Assembly (NCBI GenBank): GCA_017991375.1 | Contig: JAGOQP010000001.1 | Location: 53,149-117,148, forward strand | Direction: 5' to 3' | Source of the DNA: Minisyncoccota bacterium | GTDB lineage: Bacteria > Patescibacteriota > Minisyncoccia > UBA6257 > JAGOQP01 | DNA: 64,000 nucleotides | In this document: in pieces, positions 40,469 through 50,828 of the stretch | Layout: every line of letters starts with the position of its first letter | Numbering within the stretch: the stretch's first letter is position 1 | Position numbers and translations under genes: made by a program | Notes under the pieces: generated by a model | Seen by the model: the letters and a program-made list of their open reading frames with translations, nothing else | Databases searched by the model: none | What the model was told of the DNA's origin: nothing

Positions 40469-42339
40469 AACTTATATACAAATATCGATGTTCCAATGCG
40501 AGCGAAAGGATGCTCCCAATCAGAGAGCCACGGATAAGAATCTATGTCTTTCCGCTCAAATCCAGGGACAGTGGGCGCTTTTGCTCCAGAGAGAGAGTTG
40601 ATAGATATCGCAAACCATGTAATGCCATAATGTAGGGGATTTCCTTTTGCTGAATTCCAGTAGTACGCTTTTTCTCCCAAGTAATATGAAACGTCTCCGC
40701 CACCGAAATAATCAACGGCTATGGCGGGAATTGTGTGTTCTTGCGTAAATAATTGTAGACGTTTTAAATCCTGTCCCCAATCATAGTTTGAATCGGTTAC
40801 TTTACGCCACCCCTCAGACACACCTCCTCCCATTTGATTAAAATACGAAAGATAGTACGGGTACGCACGTGTTGTTTCGGCCGCTACCCATAGTAGTAAT
40901 AGAGCAAAAACTACTCCAAAAACCACTGTTGTGGATATCTTACCTTCCGCGCGCTGAGCTCGCTTTGCCAGTATCTTTTTGATTGATACGGTCGCGAGTA
41001 TATACATAAATGGAATGGTGGGTAATATATGACGCACGCCTATATTAAGAGGGCTTTTGATGCTGTACGCCCAATAGAGCAACACAAAACCAATCATAAC
41101 GCACTCTGAGGTGTTAAGGAGTATATACGAATACCATTTTTGACGCGGCAGATGCCCAGCAGGTTTTATCATGCGCCAAAGCGCGGCAACGAGTCCAAGG
41201 GCGATCATACAAAGTGCGGGTAATGACTCTTTGAAAAAATACACAACTGGAAAATAATACCACCATCCTCCCGCGCCAACATTTCCAAGAAAATACGCGG
41301 TGTTTCCCCCCGAGGCGCGTTGCATCACCATAAGAACCCCAAGTAGATAGTGTCCAAACGAACGCAACACAGGAATATCTGCCATCCATATATCAAGTTC
41401 CGCGGCACAACGCATAGTGGGAGGCAGACAACTTTGTGCGAGCGATCCTCGACTTCCTCCTGAAAATGATCCAAGAAGAAAAGCGGTATCGGCAGTTTGT
41501 TTTTCTGGCGGGTACTGTAGTGTAAAAAGTCCATACACTACCCACACCAGAAGAAATCCAACTATAAAAATTCCAATAAGCCGCACCAGAAGACCAAACC
41601 CCTGTTCCATATTTCTTAGCGAAAAGAAGCGCAGTTTTTTTTCTTTGCACCATGCGCACCAATATAAAAACGCGATTACAAGCATGAGCGGAATAAGAAG
41701 CACCGACGAAAATTTCATGAGTTGTGCTACTCCAAAAAGAAGTCCGGCAACAATAAGGGTCTTTTTTGTCTGGTGATTTAGAAACCTTGTGAATGCAAAA
41801 AGCGCACATACAATTCCCAGTGTTGCTCCAATATCGGTCGTCACATAGTGACCATGAGCGAGAAAATGCGGAGACAGGCCGGTAAGAAATGTTGGAATGA
41901 GCGCCCACCACGGTCCTACCAATGTTCGTGCCCAGAAAAATACTACTGCGATAAGAATGAGCATGAGTATTATCGGAAAGAGTCGCGACAGGAATATAAT
42001 CGTATCAGCATTATTGCCTGACCAATACATAAAAAGTGAGCCCATTACCCATTGGCCGTTAACATCTTGCTGCCACGCGCTGGCATTGATGGGGAATGTT
42101 GGGTGTATAAAAAGAAGGGGTAATGCCGAAAGAGCTTTAACAAGTGGTGGATGTTCTGGGTTAAGACGATAGTCAAATTGCGAGACATATCCATATCCCG
42201 CGGGAATATGCGCTAGCTCGTCCATAATGGCCGACTCTTGATGAGCGACCGAGATCATAATTAAGGCGCTCGCCAGCATAATAAGTGCCAGTATCACGTA
42301 TGCTATCACGCGTGGCGCGGTGAAAGAGGGTGTATTCAT
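40456..42339 (-). CDS. GT-C family integral-membrane glycosyltransferase (PMT/ArnT/GT39-like)
   Basis: 627 aa with at least 10 TM segments. The first periplasmic loop carries DELAHIPAGY, an acidic-motif loop typical of the GT-C family. Confidence 0.6.
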   Translation of the reverse strand: MNTPSFTAPRVIAYVILALIMLASALIMISVAHQESAIMDELAHIPAGYGYVSQFDYRLNPEHPPLVKALSALPLLFIHPTFPINASAWQQDVNGQWVMGSLFMYWSGNNADTIIFLSRLFPIILMLILIAVVFFWARTLVGPWWALIPTFLTGLSPHFLAHGHYVTTDIGATLGIVCALFAFTRFLNHQTKKTLIVAGLLFGVAQLMKFSSVLLIPLMLVIAFLYWCAWCKEKKLRFFSLRNMEQGFGLLVRLIGIFIVGFLLVWVVYGLFTLQYPPEKQTADTAFLLGSFSGGSRGSLAQSCLPPTMRCAAELDIWMADIPVLRSFGHYLLGVLMVMQRASGGNTAYFLGNVGAGGWWYYFPVVYFFKESLPALCMIALGLVAALWRMIKPAGHLPRQKWYSYILLNTSECVMIGFVLLYWAYSIKSPLNIGVRHILPTIPFMYILATVSIKKILAKRAQRAEGKISTTVVFGVVFALLLLWVAAETTRAYPYYLSYFNQMGGGVSEGWRKVTDSNYDWGQDLKRLQLFTQEHTIPAIAVDYFGGGDVSYYLGEKAYYWNSAKGNPLHYGITWFAISINSLSGAKAPTVPGFERKDIDSYPWLSDWEHPFARIGTSIFVYKLTNN

Positions 42340-42378
42340 ATATTTTTCAGTATACTATAGAATAAATGAAGGCGCGAT

Positions 42379-42807
42379 ATGATTTTAGGAACTTATCATT
42401 TTACCAATCATGCTTTGTTTAAAATGGCATTCTATGGCCTCTCTGAGGGTCGTGTTAGGCGTGTTATAAAAAGTCCCACGCGTGTCGAAGAGGGAATTGC
42501 CCCCGATACCATAGCAATGATGCAGCCATCCTCCATAAAAACAAAACAGGGAACGCGTACGTGGAGTCAAGAGATTTGGGTGATGATGAGTAAACGAGAG
42601 AGCGCAAAACGTGGAATAACAAATAATTTTAAAACTATAGGAGGGCATACGAAAAATGAAAAAATAAACACCAAGAAGTCAATGAACAATAATTCACGAA
42701 TAGTTATTATCTCCGCGTGGCGGTATCCGGGGATGAGTAAGTCGCGCGTGGGATTGCCACAGGCGGTTTTGGACGAGATACATGAAGCTTTGAGAACGCT
42801 ATCATAG
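42379..42807 (+). CDS. hypothetical protein (possible DUF4258-like)
   Basis: 142 aa with a weak pattern HFTNHALFKMAFYGLSEGRVRRVIKSP. Confidence 0.3.
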   Translation: MILGTYHFTNHALFKMAFYGLSEGRVRRVIKSPTRVEEGIAPDTIAMMQPSSIKTKQGTRTWSQEIWVMMSKRESAKRGITNNFKTIGGHTKNEKINTKKSMNNNSRIVIISAWRYPGMSKSRVGLPQAVLDEIHEALRTLS

Positions 42808-42844
42808 ACAGCGCGTGTTATTGCGGGTATGATACACTGTATCT

Positions 42845-44041
42845 ATGGCACGAATCATTACTGACATACAAAAAATCAACGAGGTTCTCTCTCGTGGCGT
42901 TAATGAGGTTATTGATAGCGAGCATCTTCGTAAACGCATGCTTTCTGGAGAGCGGTTGCGAATTAAACTTGGTATTGACCCAACCAGTCCCAATTTGCAC
43001 ATTGGACGCGCGGTGGCGCTATTAAAACTACGAGATTTTCAAGAATTGGGGCACCAAGTCGTTTTCATTATTGGTGATTTTACCGGAGTAATTGGCGACA
43101 CGTCCGATAAAGAAAGCGAACGCCCCATGTTAGATGAGGCCACTATCAAGCGCAATATGAAAACGTATGCCGAGCAAGCAGGAAAAATTCTCGATATGAG
43201 CGCGGTGGAGGTAAAGCGTAATTCAAAGTGGTTGGGGAAGTTAACGTACAAAGATGTTGCCGAGCACGCGAATGTTTTTTCGCTTGCGGAATTTAGCGCG
43301 CGGGAAAATATTGCAAAACGTCTCGCTGAACAAAAACGTGTTTCATTGCGCGAGATACTTTATCCGCTTATGCAGGGATACGATAGCATAGCAATTGATG
43401 CTGATGTGGAAATTGGGGGAACCGATCAACGGTTTAACCTGCTCGCCGGAAGGGAGCTCCAGCGATACTATAAAAAAGAACCGCAGGATATTTTAATGCT
43501 CAATCTTATTGAGGGCTTTGATGGGCGCAAAATGAGCTCAAGTTGGGGCAACACGATAAATCTAACCGATGAACCAAATGATATGTTTGGTAAGGTTATG
43601 ACGGTCCATGACGAGCTCATGATAAAATACTTTGTTCACTGTACTCGCGTCTCACTAAACGATATTCGTCAATACGAATCACGTCTTGCTCAAGGAGAAA
43701 ATCCCCGTGACACAAAGCTTGATCTTGCGCAAGAGATAACGCGCATTTACTGGGGAGAGAAAAAAGCACGCGAGGCGCGAGAGTATTTTGTGACTGCGTT
43801 TGAAAAGAAAGAGATTCCCGCCAATATTCCAGAAATTGTTGCGTGTTTAGGGCAAACGTTTTTTGACGCGCTTATTGAGTCAGGGGTGTTTTCTAGCAAA
43901 TCAGAGTTAACGCGCGTGTTTGAGCAGGGAGGTGTTCACATGCTCGAGCCGCAAGAAAAAACACTACATCGTTCTGATGAGGCAATAGAAAGCGTGATCA
44001 AGGTGGGCAAAACAATGTTTTTTACCATAAAGATAAAATAA
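42845..44041 (+). CDS. tyrS: tyrosyl-tRNA synthetase
   Basis: Class I HIGH motif (PNLHIGRAV) and KMSKS motif (KMSSS). TyrRS-type layout. Confidence 0.88.
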   Translation: MARIITDIQKINEVLSRGVNEVIDSEHLRKRMLSGERLRIKLGIDPTSPNLHIGRAVALLKLRDFQELGHQVVFIIGDFTGVIGDTSDKESERPMLDEATIKRNMKTYAEQAGKILDMSAVEVKRNSKWLGKLTYKDVAEHANVFSLAEFSARENIAKRLAEQKRVSLREILYPLMQGYDSIAIDADVEIGGTDQRFNLLAGRELQRYYKKEPQDILMLNLIEGFDGRKMSSSWGNTINLTDEPNDMFGKVMTVHDELMIKYFVHCTRVSLNDIRQYESRLAQGENPRDTKLDLAQEITRIYWGEKKAREAREYFVTAFEKKEIPANIPEIVACLGQTFFDALIESGVFSSKSELTRVFEQGGVHMLEPQEKTLHRSDEAIESVIKVGKTMFFTIKIK

Positions 44042-44227
44042 GAGGATGATTAATTGATTTGAAATGCAATAAATGAGTGTGTTATTGTTATGTTGTTATT
44101 GAGGAGTGGGGCGACATTGTGTCGCTATACTCCTAGCACCTTAACAAGTCCGAGGACATCGTAGTGGTGTCATAGGACGCAACATGCTACAGGAGAACAA
44201 CCAATTCTTGCTGTAGCAGAAAGGGAA

Positions 44228-45010
44228 ATGCCCATGAAAGAGCATGGGAATGTCCTGGGAAAAAATGCTGACGGAAGGGTGTCTGAGTTGGTTGTAACTC
44301 TGATTCAAGGAGTGTTTCGAGCTCTCAAGTTAATTGATGAACAACAGCTTGAGATGCTTGCCCATAACAAGGGCGAAGTAGTCGCCACGATAGTTGACTC
44401 ACTTCTTTCTCTTCTTAAAAGGATGCCCCAATCTGAAAAATGGCTCCGTAGGGAGTGGGAGATCTTTTATCAAAAAGTTTTTGGTTTGAGGATAAATCTA
44501 TCAAAGGTTCCAATCCCGGCCGTACCAGACCTATCGAATTATTGGCTTGTTATTGTTGATCCATTTATTCGTATTGATGCGATTCACGTAATCCAAAGAA
44601 TCTTTTCCGTTTGGGATTCACGAGGCAATCTAGCAGACGGACGTATTTTGTATGATTTAGACGAGCCAGAAACAGAAGAAGCTGGTAGACAGCCCTATGC
44701 TATTTGGGTTAGGAATACAATCAATCCGGACGTAGAGTGTGTGACGGGGGTGATGCGTTACCTTGACTCAGTTCCTCAACTCACGCTCTTGGAACGGCTT
44801 CTTTTGGGAGCGTTTGTTTTTCGGAAGACGGGAAATCATCTTGATACGCAACGTCCTACGGTTTGCGCGGGCTCTCGAACTCCTAGTGGCAGTATTCCAA
44901 TAGTCAACAGCGTACATCAGAATGGGTGTGATGGAATAAAGATTCGGTACTGTACCCCAGAAGAACTTGGATCGACTTCTGTTATTAGTATTCGCGAGGT
45001 CATTCGCTAA
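44228..45010 (+). CDS. hypothetical protein
   Basis: 260-aa ORF with no recognisable domain. Its composition is slightly GC-richer than its neighbours. Confidence 0.4.
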   Translation: MPMKEHGNVLGKNADGRVSELVVTLIQGVFRALKLIDEQQLEMLAHNKGEVVATIVDSLLSLLKRMPQSEKWLRREWEIFYQKVFGLRINLSKVPIPAVPDLSNYWLVIVDPFIRIDAIHVIQRIFSVWDSRGNLADGRILYDLDEPETEEAGRQPYAIWVRNTINPDVECVTGVMRYLDSVPQLTLLERLLLGAFVFRKTGNHLDTQRPTVCAGSRTPSGSIPIVNSVHQNGCDGIKIRYCTPEELGSTSVISIREVIR

Positions 45011-45172
45011 CTTGTTTTTTGCTCTCTAGCCCCACATACCTCTACCTGTAAACAAACAGGGGTATGTGGGGTTTTGTTATTTTAGGAAAATAACATTTTT
45101 TCGAGTTCAATATGGGTATTTAATGAGAGCATTTAACGCGGAAGTTTTTAGAGCAGTGTTGTACGTCTTACA

Positions 45173-45214
45173 ACATGTTACAAATATTAGCGATCGCTAA
45201 TATTTGTAACATGT
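45173..45214. repeat. 42-bp perfect palindrome P1 (ACATGTTACAAATATTAGCGATCGCTAATATTTGTAACATGT), copy 1
   Basis: Perfect dyad centred on GCGATCGC. A near-identical copy is at 63295-63332. Confidence 0.7.
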
Positions 45215-45257
45215 ATTTTTCTCTTTATCTCTTGCGCATGGGCTTTGGTATGCGCGG

Positions 45258-45328
45258 GTGTTTTGTATGGAATGATTTTGTACGAAGGAGTTTTGTGCGC
45301 GTGGGTTTTGTACGTGGGAATTTTATGA
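45258..45328 (+). repeat. tandem ~15-bp direct repeats (G/A)TTTTGT(A/G)(C/T)G, 4-5 copies
   Basis: gttttgtatgg / gattttgtacg / agttttgtgcg / ggttttgtacg / aattttatgac, placed between palindromes P1 and P2. This looks like an iteron-like arrangement. Confidence 0.5.
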
Positions 45329-45360
45329 CCCCTTTTTTCACGATCGTGAAAAAAGGGGTC
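45327..45360. repeat. 34-bp perfect palindrome P2, copy 2
   Basis: Identical to 35750-35783. Confidence 0.7.
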
Positions 45361-45516
45361 AATAGCGCAGACCTCTCTTGTTGCATTGGGGGCTTGTTTT
45401 TAGGTAAGCTGTGCATTATGAAACTCTCTATTGGTATAGTTGGAACACAACCCGACATGCTCTTGGCGACGAAAAGGTGGTTCCTTTCAGATTCAGAATT
45501 AAACTACCCGCGAAAA

Positions 45517-46314
45517 TCAAGTAATTTTTTTAATTACTCTTTCGATCTGTGGAAATTTTTCACTGTTGTTTAATTTCACAAGAAATTCATGACCAGGCCT
45601 TAAATCAACAACGGAGTACAGGAACCCGATTTTCCCAAAGAGAGAGTTCGTCTTCGATGAAACTTCACACCTCAACCTAAACATCTTTTGGATGGGATAG
45701 TAGTCACACCCGACTATGCGAAGTTTAATCCTTTGGCCTTTTGCTGGGATAGCATCGGAACTCGTTAGTTCTTTTGTCTTTTTCCTTCGAATAACCGACT
45801 TTGTTTTCGAAAGGTAGCGAGGTAGGTCAGCGGATTTACGAGCCAACTTATCTACCGCTTCATTCCCCTCGTTTCCAGAGTGACCCTTAACCTTTTCGAT
45901 CCCGACAGAAACTCCGATTTCTTTCAGCTTACGCATCTGTTTCACTAACTCCTTCCAAACAAGCGCGTGAGCGACTGGACCGCCTCCCTCTTTAGTCCAT
46001 CCATTTACTGACCAAGAATAGATTGCAGTTTTGTAAAAATTAACGATAAATTCCAAGTCCGTAAGAACCGTTATACAATTTATGGATCCGTCTCTTATTT
46101 CAGGCAATTTATAAGCAATTTTAAGACCCTCAATACAAGCCCGAAGTTCCATTTCGATGTTATTAGCCCCTTTATAACCAAAAAGTTGAAATTCTTTTAT
46201 CGGATCATCTTTCTGGAGGTCCGAGGGAAATTCGATGCGAACACCTATTCCACCGCGGCGAGACTTATGTTTTCCAGAACCATCCGTGTAAATTACCAAA
46301 TCCCTTAAATTCAT
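45517..46314 (-). CDS. rnhA: ribonuclease H (RNase HI-type) with ~110-aa C-terminal extension
   Basis: IYTDGSG...GGIGV, E (ELRA), TDLEF, KVKGHSGNEGNEAVDKLA. The catalytic DEDD signature is present. Confidence 0.8.
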   Translation of the reverse strand: MNLRDLVIYTDGSGKHKSRRGGIGVRIEFPSDLQKDDPIKEFQLFGYKGANNIEMELRACIEGLKIAYKLPEIRDGSINCITVLTDLEFIVNFYKTAIYSWSVNGWTKEGGGPVAHALVWKELVKQMRKLKEIGVSVGIEKVKGHSGNEGNEAVDKLARKSADLPRYLSKTKSVIRRKKTKELTSSDAIPAKGQRIKLRIVGCDYYPIQKMFRLRCEVSSKTNSLFGKIGFLYSVVDLRPGHEFLVKLNNSEKFPQIERVIKKIT

Positions 46315-46409
46315 ATTCTTTTTTCAGTTCCTATTATGAATAAACGGCAGAAATTAGCAAAGCACCCTTTGCACAGTATTCAGGCAAATATTACAATTCA
46401 GTTAAAATT

Positions 46410-46829
46410 ATGAAATCAAACACTTTTCAAGGAACAATCCGGCAACAGATGCTTGTTTTGAAAATATCGGAAAACTTCGGAAATCTGGGGGTAGGGGGTA
46501 GGCTGAAACCGATGACTGAGATAATGCAAGAAGCTGGATATGCAAAAAGTTCCGCTTACCAACAAACACAGATTCTTACTCGAATCAGACCATACCTCGA
46601 TCCTTTTGTTGAAAAATTTATCGCCCATCGGGACAAGATTCTCGAGGAAATGGATAGAAAAATCTCAAGCGCAAAATACATTGACCTCGCAAAAACAGTC
46701 CATATTTTTACAAAATGGATATATGTCCTCTCGAGTGGATATTCCGAAATTGGCCCCACCCAACGCCTTTCTGACGAGCAGTTTGATAGATTACTCACAC
46801 AGATCAACAAAAGAGCCCTCTCGATATAG
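46410..46829 (+). CDS. hypothetical protein
   Basis: 139-aa ORF followed by a terminator hairpin (agccct-ctcgatat-agggct plus a T-run). Confidence 0.4.
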   Translation: MKSNTFQGTIRQQMLVLKISENFGNLGVGGRLKPMTEIMQEAGYAKSSAYQQTQILTRIRPYLDPFVEKFIAHRDKILEEMDRKISSAKYIDLAKTVHIFTKWIYVLSSGYSEIGPTQRLSDEQFDRLLTQINKRALSI

Positions 46830-46854
46830 GGCTTTTTTTATTTATGTTATCCAC

Positions 46855-46883
46855 TTGCAATTTTTAAAGCACCGGTGTAATAT
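46855..46883 (+). promoter_or_regulatory. sigma-70-like promoter for the island operon 46930..50828
   Basis: TTGCAA, a 17-nt spacer, then TAATAT, in an AT-rich region. Confidence 0.45.
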
Positions 46884-46929
46884 ACACGTTATATATTAGA
46901 CGGGCAAATTATATAAATAATATAGATAT

Positions 46930-47145
46930 ATGGAATCAAAAAGCGATCGTTTTAAAAGGCTTGCAACTATCCGCACAAACGAGGTTTTGAAGCGACTAAA
47001 AATCTTGGGTAATTGTGCCAATCATCAACTGTATGAATACGACGAAAAGGACGTGGACAAGATATTCTCCGAAATAGAAAAGAAAGTTCGCGAGTCAAAG
47101 TCGAAATTCTATCATTCAAAAAGAAGCGAGCGATTCAAACTTTAA
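46930..47145 (+). CDS. hypothetical small protein (first gene of island operon)
   Basis: 71-aa basic protein, 4 bp upstream of the next gene. Confidence 0.35.
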   Translation: MESKSDRFKRLATIRTNEVLKRLKILGNCANHQLYEYDEKDVDKIFSEIEKKVRESKSKFYHSKRSERFKL

Positions 47146-47148
47146 ACA

Positions 47149-47763
47149 ATGAAACAAAACTCTCAAAATAATCTCACCCGATCGGAGAAAATTTTACTGT
47201 ATCTCTATGAGGCGGGAAATAATGAGATGGCAAAAATCAGATTCGAAGATATCGTCGTCGGACTCTTCAAGAAATATCCCCACGAATTTCACCTCAAAGG
47301 CCATCCCGAATATCCAGATTCCGGAGATATGGTTCACAAACCTCTTTATGACTCGAAGAAAAAAGGCTATGTGAACGCGTCAAATAAAATTTTTTCCCTC
47401 ACGGAAAGGGGATTGGAATATGCAAAAACCCTTGCCCAAAAACCGCCTTTGCAGGACATTTCCGAAAATAGGCTCTCTCGTAGCACGGAAACGGAGGTAT
47501 CGCGAATAAAAAAACTCGAAGGATTTTTTCTCTTCTCGGAAGGAAAAAACGAAAAACTGTCGGATAACGATTTGTACGGCTATCTCGGTGTGACAGTCAG
47601 GACGCCGAAAAACGCTTTTGTCGGACGAATGGAAACGATCAAAGAAACAATTGATGAATTAAAAAAACACAAAGATGACGGTTCCTTCAATATGATTGTT
47701 TCTTACCACAAATTTCTCATGTCAAAATTCGAGGACATTATAATTTACTTCACCAAAAACTGA
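47149..47763 (+). CDS. hypothetical protein
   Basis: 204 aa. Abuts the GHKL ATPase gene with a 1-nt gap. Confidence 0.4.
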   Translation: MKQNSQNNLTRSEKILLYLYEAGNNEMAKIRFEDIVVGLFKKYPHEFHLKGHPEYPDSGDMVHKPLYDSKKKGYVNASNKIFSLTERGLEYAKTLAQKPPLQDISENRLSRSTETEVSRIKKLEGFFLFSEGKNEKLSDNDLYGYLGVTVRTPKNAFVGRMETIKETIDELKKHKDDGSFNMIVSYHKFLMSKFEDIIIYFTKN

Positions 47764-47764
47764 C

Positions 47765-49861
47765 ATGGCAAAAAAAGACCTTACCATAGAAGAAATTCCC
47801 AACGAGATAGATGATCATCTTCTCGACATAATAGGAAACGAATTTAAATTTGATCATTCAAAAGGACTCGCGGAATGGCTTAAAAATTCCGTTGACGCAT
47901 ATCGAACAAACGGATTTCATCAAGATGAACAACATATAATATTCAAATTCACCGATCAAGGAGTCACGCGTCCGATTGTCGAGTGCCTTGATTTTGTGGG
48001 AATGTCGAACGTCGACATAGACAAAGCATTCAAACGTTGGGGTGATCCAAACGCGGCGAAACGAGGAAAAAAAATAAAGACATACGGAGGACATGGAAAC
48101 GGAGGAAAGTTTTACATGCGCCAGATGTTCAAAGAATCGAGATTTATAACGTTTAAAGACGGGGTTTTGAACGTATTCGGCTTCAGCGAAAACAAAAAGT
48201 ACGGTTACGCAAAAGGGTTCAACAATAAAAAGACGACCCCAAAAGCGGCTCTTGAATTTGCGGAAATAAACGATTTACCCATACCGAAAACCTTAAAAGA
48301 AAAAATACTCTCCAATAAAACCGGCTTTACGGTGGTTCAAGGAATCGGTCCGGAAGGAATCAGAGAAAAATTCAAAATAAACAAAGAACTTGAAAGATTC
48401 AAAAACCATCCTCAATCAAGGAGAATTCTCGAAAGAACGGGTGTCGCGGTTATATATAACGGGAATTCCTTGTACGCGCTTTTGAAACCGGATGAACTTG
48501 ATCCGCTTGAGAAATTTGAGGAACATCGCGTTATTGTCGTTCCGGAAATATTGACATGCGGATCAAAATCCGAAAAAGTCGTCGTGAAAATGGCGAATGA
48601 AAAATATCCGCCTGGAAGACTCGTGCTGAAAACGTCAACTGAAGCGCTTTCAAAAGGAAGTCGATTGGGAGAACTGAATCGAATTGATATCTTGGGAGAA
48701 ATCGGTGTGATAGGTTCATATCAACTCTCCGAAATGGGAGTTACGGGATGGCCGTATGCTGCATTCGTATACGGCGAATTCGGACCAGCAAGAGAAGGGG
48801 AGGCCTCCATACTCGAAGATCCGACAAATGATTGTGTCTCAAATGACCGGGCAAAACTTGTGCCGAACGATACCACAAAAGCCCTGATCGAATGGATAGC
48901 GAAAGAAATCGACGAACTTGCGAAGGAAATAGCCGATGTCGAACGAGAGAAAATGAAAATAAGTCAAAAAGAAATAACTTCGAAATTCAACGATGTTTTG
49001 AACGAGTGGAAAAATAAACACATGAGAAAAATCATATCCGATCTTTTCGGCGGAGGGGCGGGAAACGGCGGGGGAGAAAAAGGAGAAAAAAGCGCTGGAA
49101 TGCAAGTCACTGAACCGATTAACGGATTTGATTTCAAATATCCTTACGCGGAAATAGAAGTCGAAGTGCCGGAAAAAATAACCTTAAAAGTGAGCGTACC
49201 CGAAGCATTGCCGATCGGAACGGCCATTTCATTTGCCTCGGATTCCGAAGGTGTCATTCTCGAGGAAACGAAAATTCATATAAAATCGGACTTCTTGAAA
49301 TCGACACAAGAGGGAAAAGAAATCGCCTTCGTCAACATAGGAATAAGCGGCCTGAAGACAGGCGGAGAAGCGACGATTTCTGCGATCGCAGGAAGATTTT
49401 CGACTTCCATGAGAATAAAAGTCATTCCCCAAAAAGAGAACGATTCGGGAAAATCCTTCCCGCGAGTTTTACTATCAAACTTCGATACGGATCCTCTCGG
49501 AATGGCTCCAGGAGGAACGCTTGAACTTGGAGAAAGAGACCCCGTCGTCTACCAACGACCGCAAGATGTTTCGGCAAATATCTACTGGATAAATACCGCT
49601 GGTCCCATGGCGTCAAAAATTTACGATAAATTCAGTTTCGATTCCATTCAATGGAGAAATTTTCTGTTTGAGCGATATGTGGACATATTCGTGAAAGAAG
49701 CGATTCACGAACTTGAGAGAAAAGACTTTCAAAATTTCAACGCGGATTCAGTCGATCAAAAAATAGCGGAAGTTATTCGCAAAATTCATCAGAGTGCAAA
49801 AGAGGACCTTGAATTCTTCCTTTTCGACGAAAGTTATGTAGCACCGGAAATAAATGTCTGA
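47765..49861 (+). CDS. GHKL-superfamily (MORC/MutL/Hsp90-like Bergerat-fold) ATPase, 698 aa
   Basis: N-box EWLKNSVDA (ExxxNxxDA), DFVGMSNVD (G1-like) and GGHGNGGKF (G2 box) all lie in the first ~130 aa. The C-terminal region is large and of unknown function. Confidence 0.6.
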   Translation: MAKKDLTIEEIPNEIDDHLLDIIGNEFKFDHSKGLAEWLKNSVDAYRTNGFHQDEQHIIFKFTDQGVTRPIVECLDFVGMSNVDIDKAFKRWGDPNAAKRGKKIKTYGGHGNGGKFYMRQMFKESRFITFKDGVLNVFGFSENKKYGYAKGFNNKKTTPKAALEFAEINDLPIPKTLKEKILSNKTGFTVVQGIGPEGIREKFKINKELERFKNHPQSRRILERTGVAVIYNGNSLYALLKPDELDPLEKFEEHRVIVVPEILTCGSKSEKVVVKMANEKYPPGRLVLKTSTEALSKGSRLGELNRIDILGEIGVIGSYQLSEMGVTGWPYAAFVYGEFGPAREGEASILEDPTNDCVSNDRAKLVPNDTTKALIEWIAKEIDELAKEIADVEREKMKISQKEITSKFNDVLNEWKNKHMRKIISDLFGGGAGNGGGEKGEKSAGMQVTEPINGFDFKYPYAEIEVEVPEKITLKVSVPEALPIGTAISFASDSEGVILEETKIHIKSDFLKSTQEGKEIAFVNIGISGLKTGGEATISAIAGRFSTSMRIKVIPQKENDSGKSFPRVLLSNFDTDPLGMAPGGTLELGERDPVVYQRPQDVSANIYWINTAGPMASKIYDKFSFDSIQWRNFLFERYVDIFVKEAIHELERKDFQNFNADSVDQKIAEVIRKIHQSAKEDLEFFLFDESYVAPEINV

Positions 49862-50828
49862 TATCGATCCAAAAAATCCAGAGAACGAAGACGAAACCGA
49901 CATAATCGGATCTCTTTCAATATCTTTTGGTATCGATAAAAAAACCATCCTTGGACCGAGCAGGAGGAAGGAGGTGGTGGAAGCGAGAGACATCATTGTT
50001 TATCTGCTACGTGAATTCGGCAAACTTTCCTTCCCGTCCATAGGACACCTGCTGGGAAAAAGAGACCACACTACCGCTCTGCACTCCTACAGAAAGGTAA
50101 AAAGGAAGGTTGAAGAAGAGAAAAAGATCAGGCCTGATTTGTTTGATCTTGCGAGAAAGGTTCAGTTTATAGTTAACAGAAGAATGGAAATCGAAAAAGG
50201 CCTTTTCTTGAAACAGCAAGATTTTACGAAAGAACGAATGTATGCGTTGATAGAAAAGGGGAAGTCAATGAAATTCAGAGAGATTTCATCGCGAAACATG
50301 AAAGTTCTTGAACTATACAGAGAAGGACTCACATTGGAAAATACAGGCAAGGTTTTCAAAGTGACCAGAGAAAGAATAAGACAGATAGTAGCGGATGTGG
50401 TCGAACAGATGGCTATTAATGAAGCCGTAACGAAAGGGATAGTCATCGACATGAAAATATTTGCGGAAGAAGAGAGAAGGAAGAGAGATAACGCAAAAGA
50501 AGCGAAACATCCCGAAATACCGAGGGAGAAAAGAGAAAAGAGATGGAGTCTTTATTATGCTTCCTGCAGATCGTGCGGGACAACATCATTTCCACACGTA
50601 AGGAACGGATTGTGTGAAAAGTGCGCGGGAAGTTATAGAGCATCGAGAAGAATAATCATAATAAACCGGCATACGAATAAATGCGATAATTGTGGAATAT
50701 CCGTGGAAGAAGCGAAGAGGTCCTACGGAAGGGATTTCTACATAACAAAAAATGATTGCGTTTTGTGCAGAAAGTGTTTTTTATCGGGGACGGGGCAAAA
50801 ACTTTCCACTTTTAAGAGAAAAACGTAA
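49854..50828 (+). CDS. multi-domain DNA-binding protein: DnaA domain-IV HTH + sigma-70 region-4 HTH + C-terminal zinc ribbons
   Basis: SRRKEVVEARDIIVYLLREFGKLSFPSIGHLLGKRDHTTALHSYRKV matches the DnaA C-terminal DNA-binding domain. [15 protein letters not shown] matches sigma-70 region 4.2 (compare this window's rpo[16 protein letters not shown]). The C-terminus has CRSCG...CEKC and CDNCG...CVLCRKC pairs. Overlaps the GHKL gene by 8 bp. Confidence 0.6.
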   Translation: MSDIDPKNPENEDETDIIGSLSISFGIDKKTILGPSRRKEVVEARDIIVYLLREFGKLSFPSIGHLLGKRDHTTALHSYRKVKRKVEEEKKIRPDLFDLARKVQFIVNRRMEIEKGLFLKQQDFTKERMYALIEKGKSMKFREISSRNMKVLELYREGLTLENTGKVFKVTRERIRQIVADVVEQMAINEAVTKGIVIDMKIFAEEERRKRDNAKEAKHPEIPREKREKRWSLYYASCRSCGTTSFPHVRNGLCEKCAGSYRASRRIIIINRHTNKCDNCGISVEEAKRSYGRDFYITKNDCVLCRKCFLSGTGQKLSTFKRKT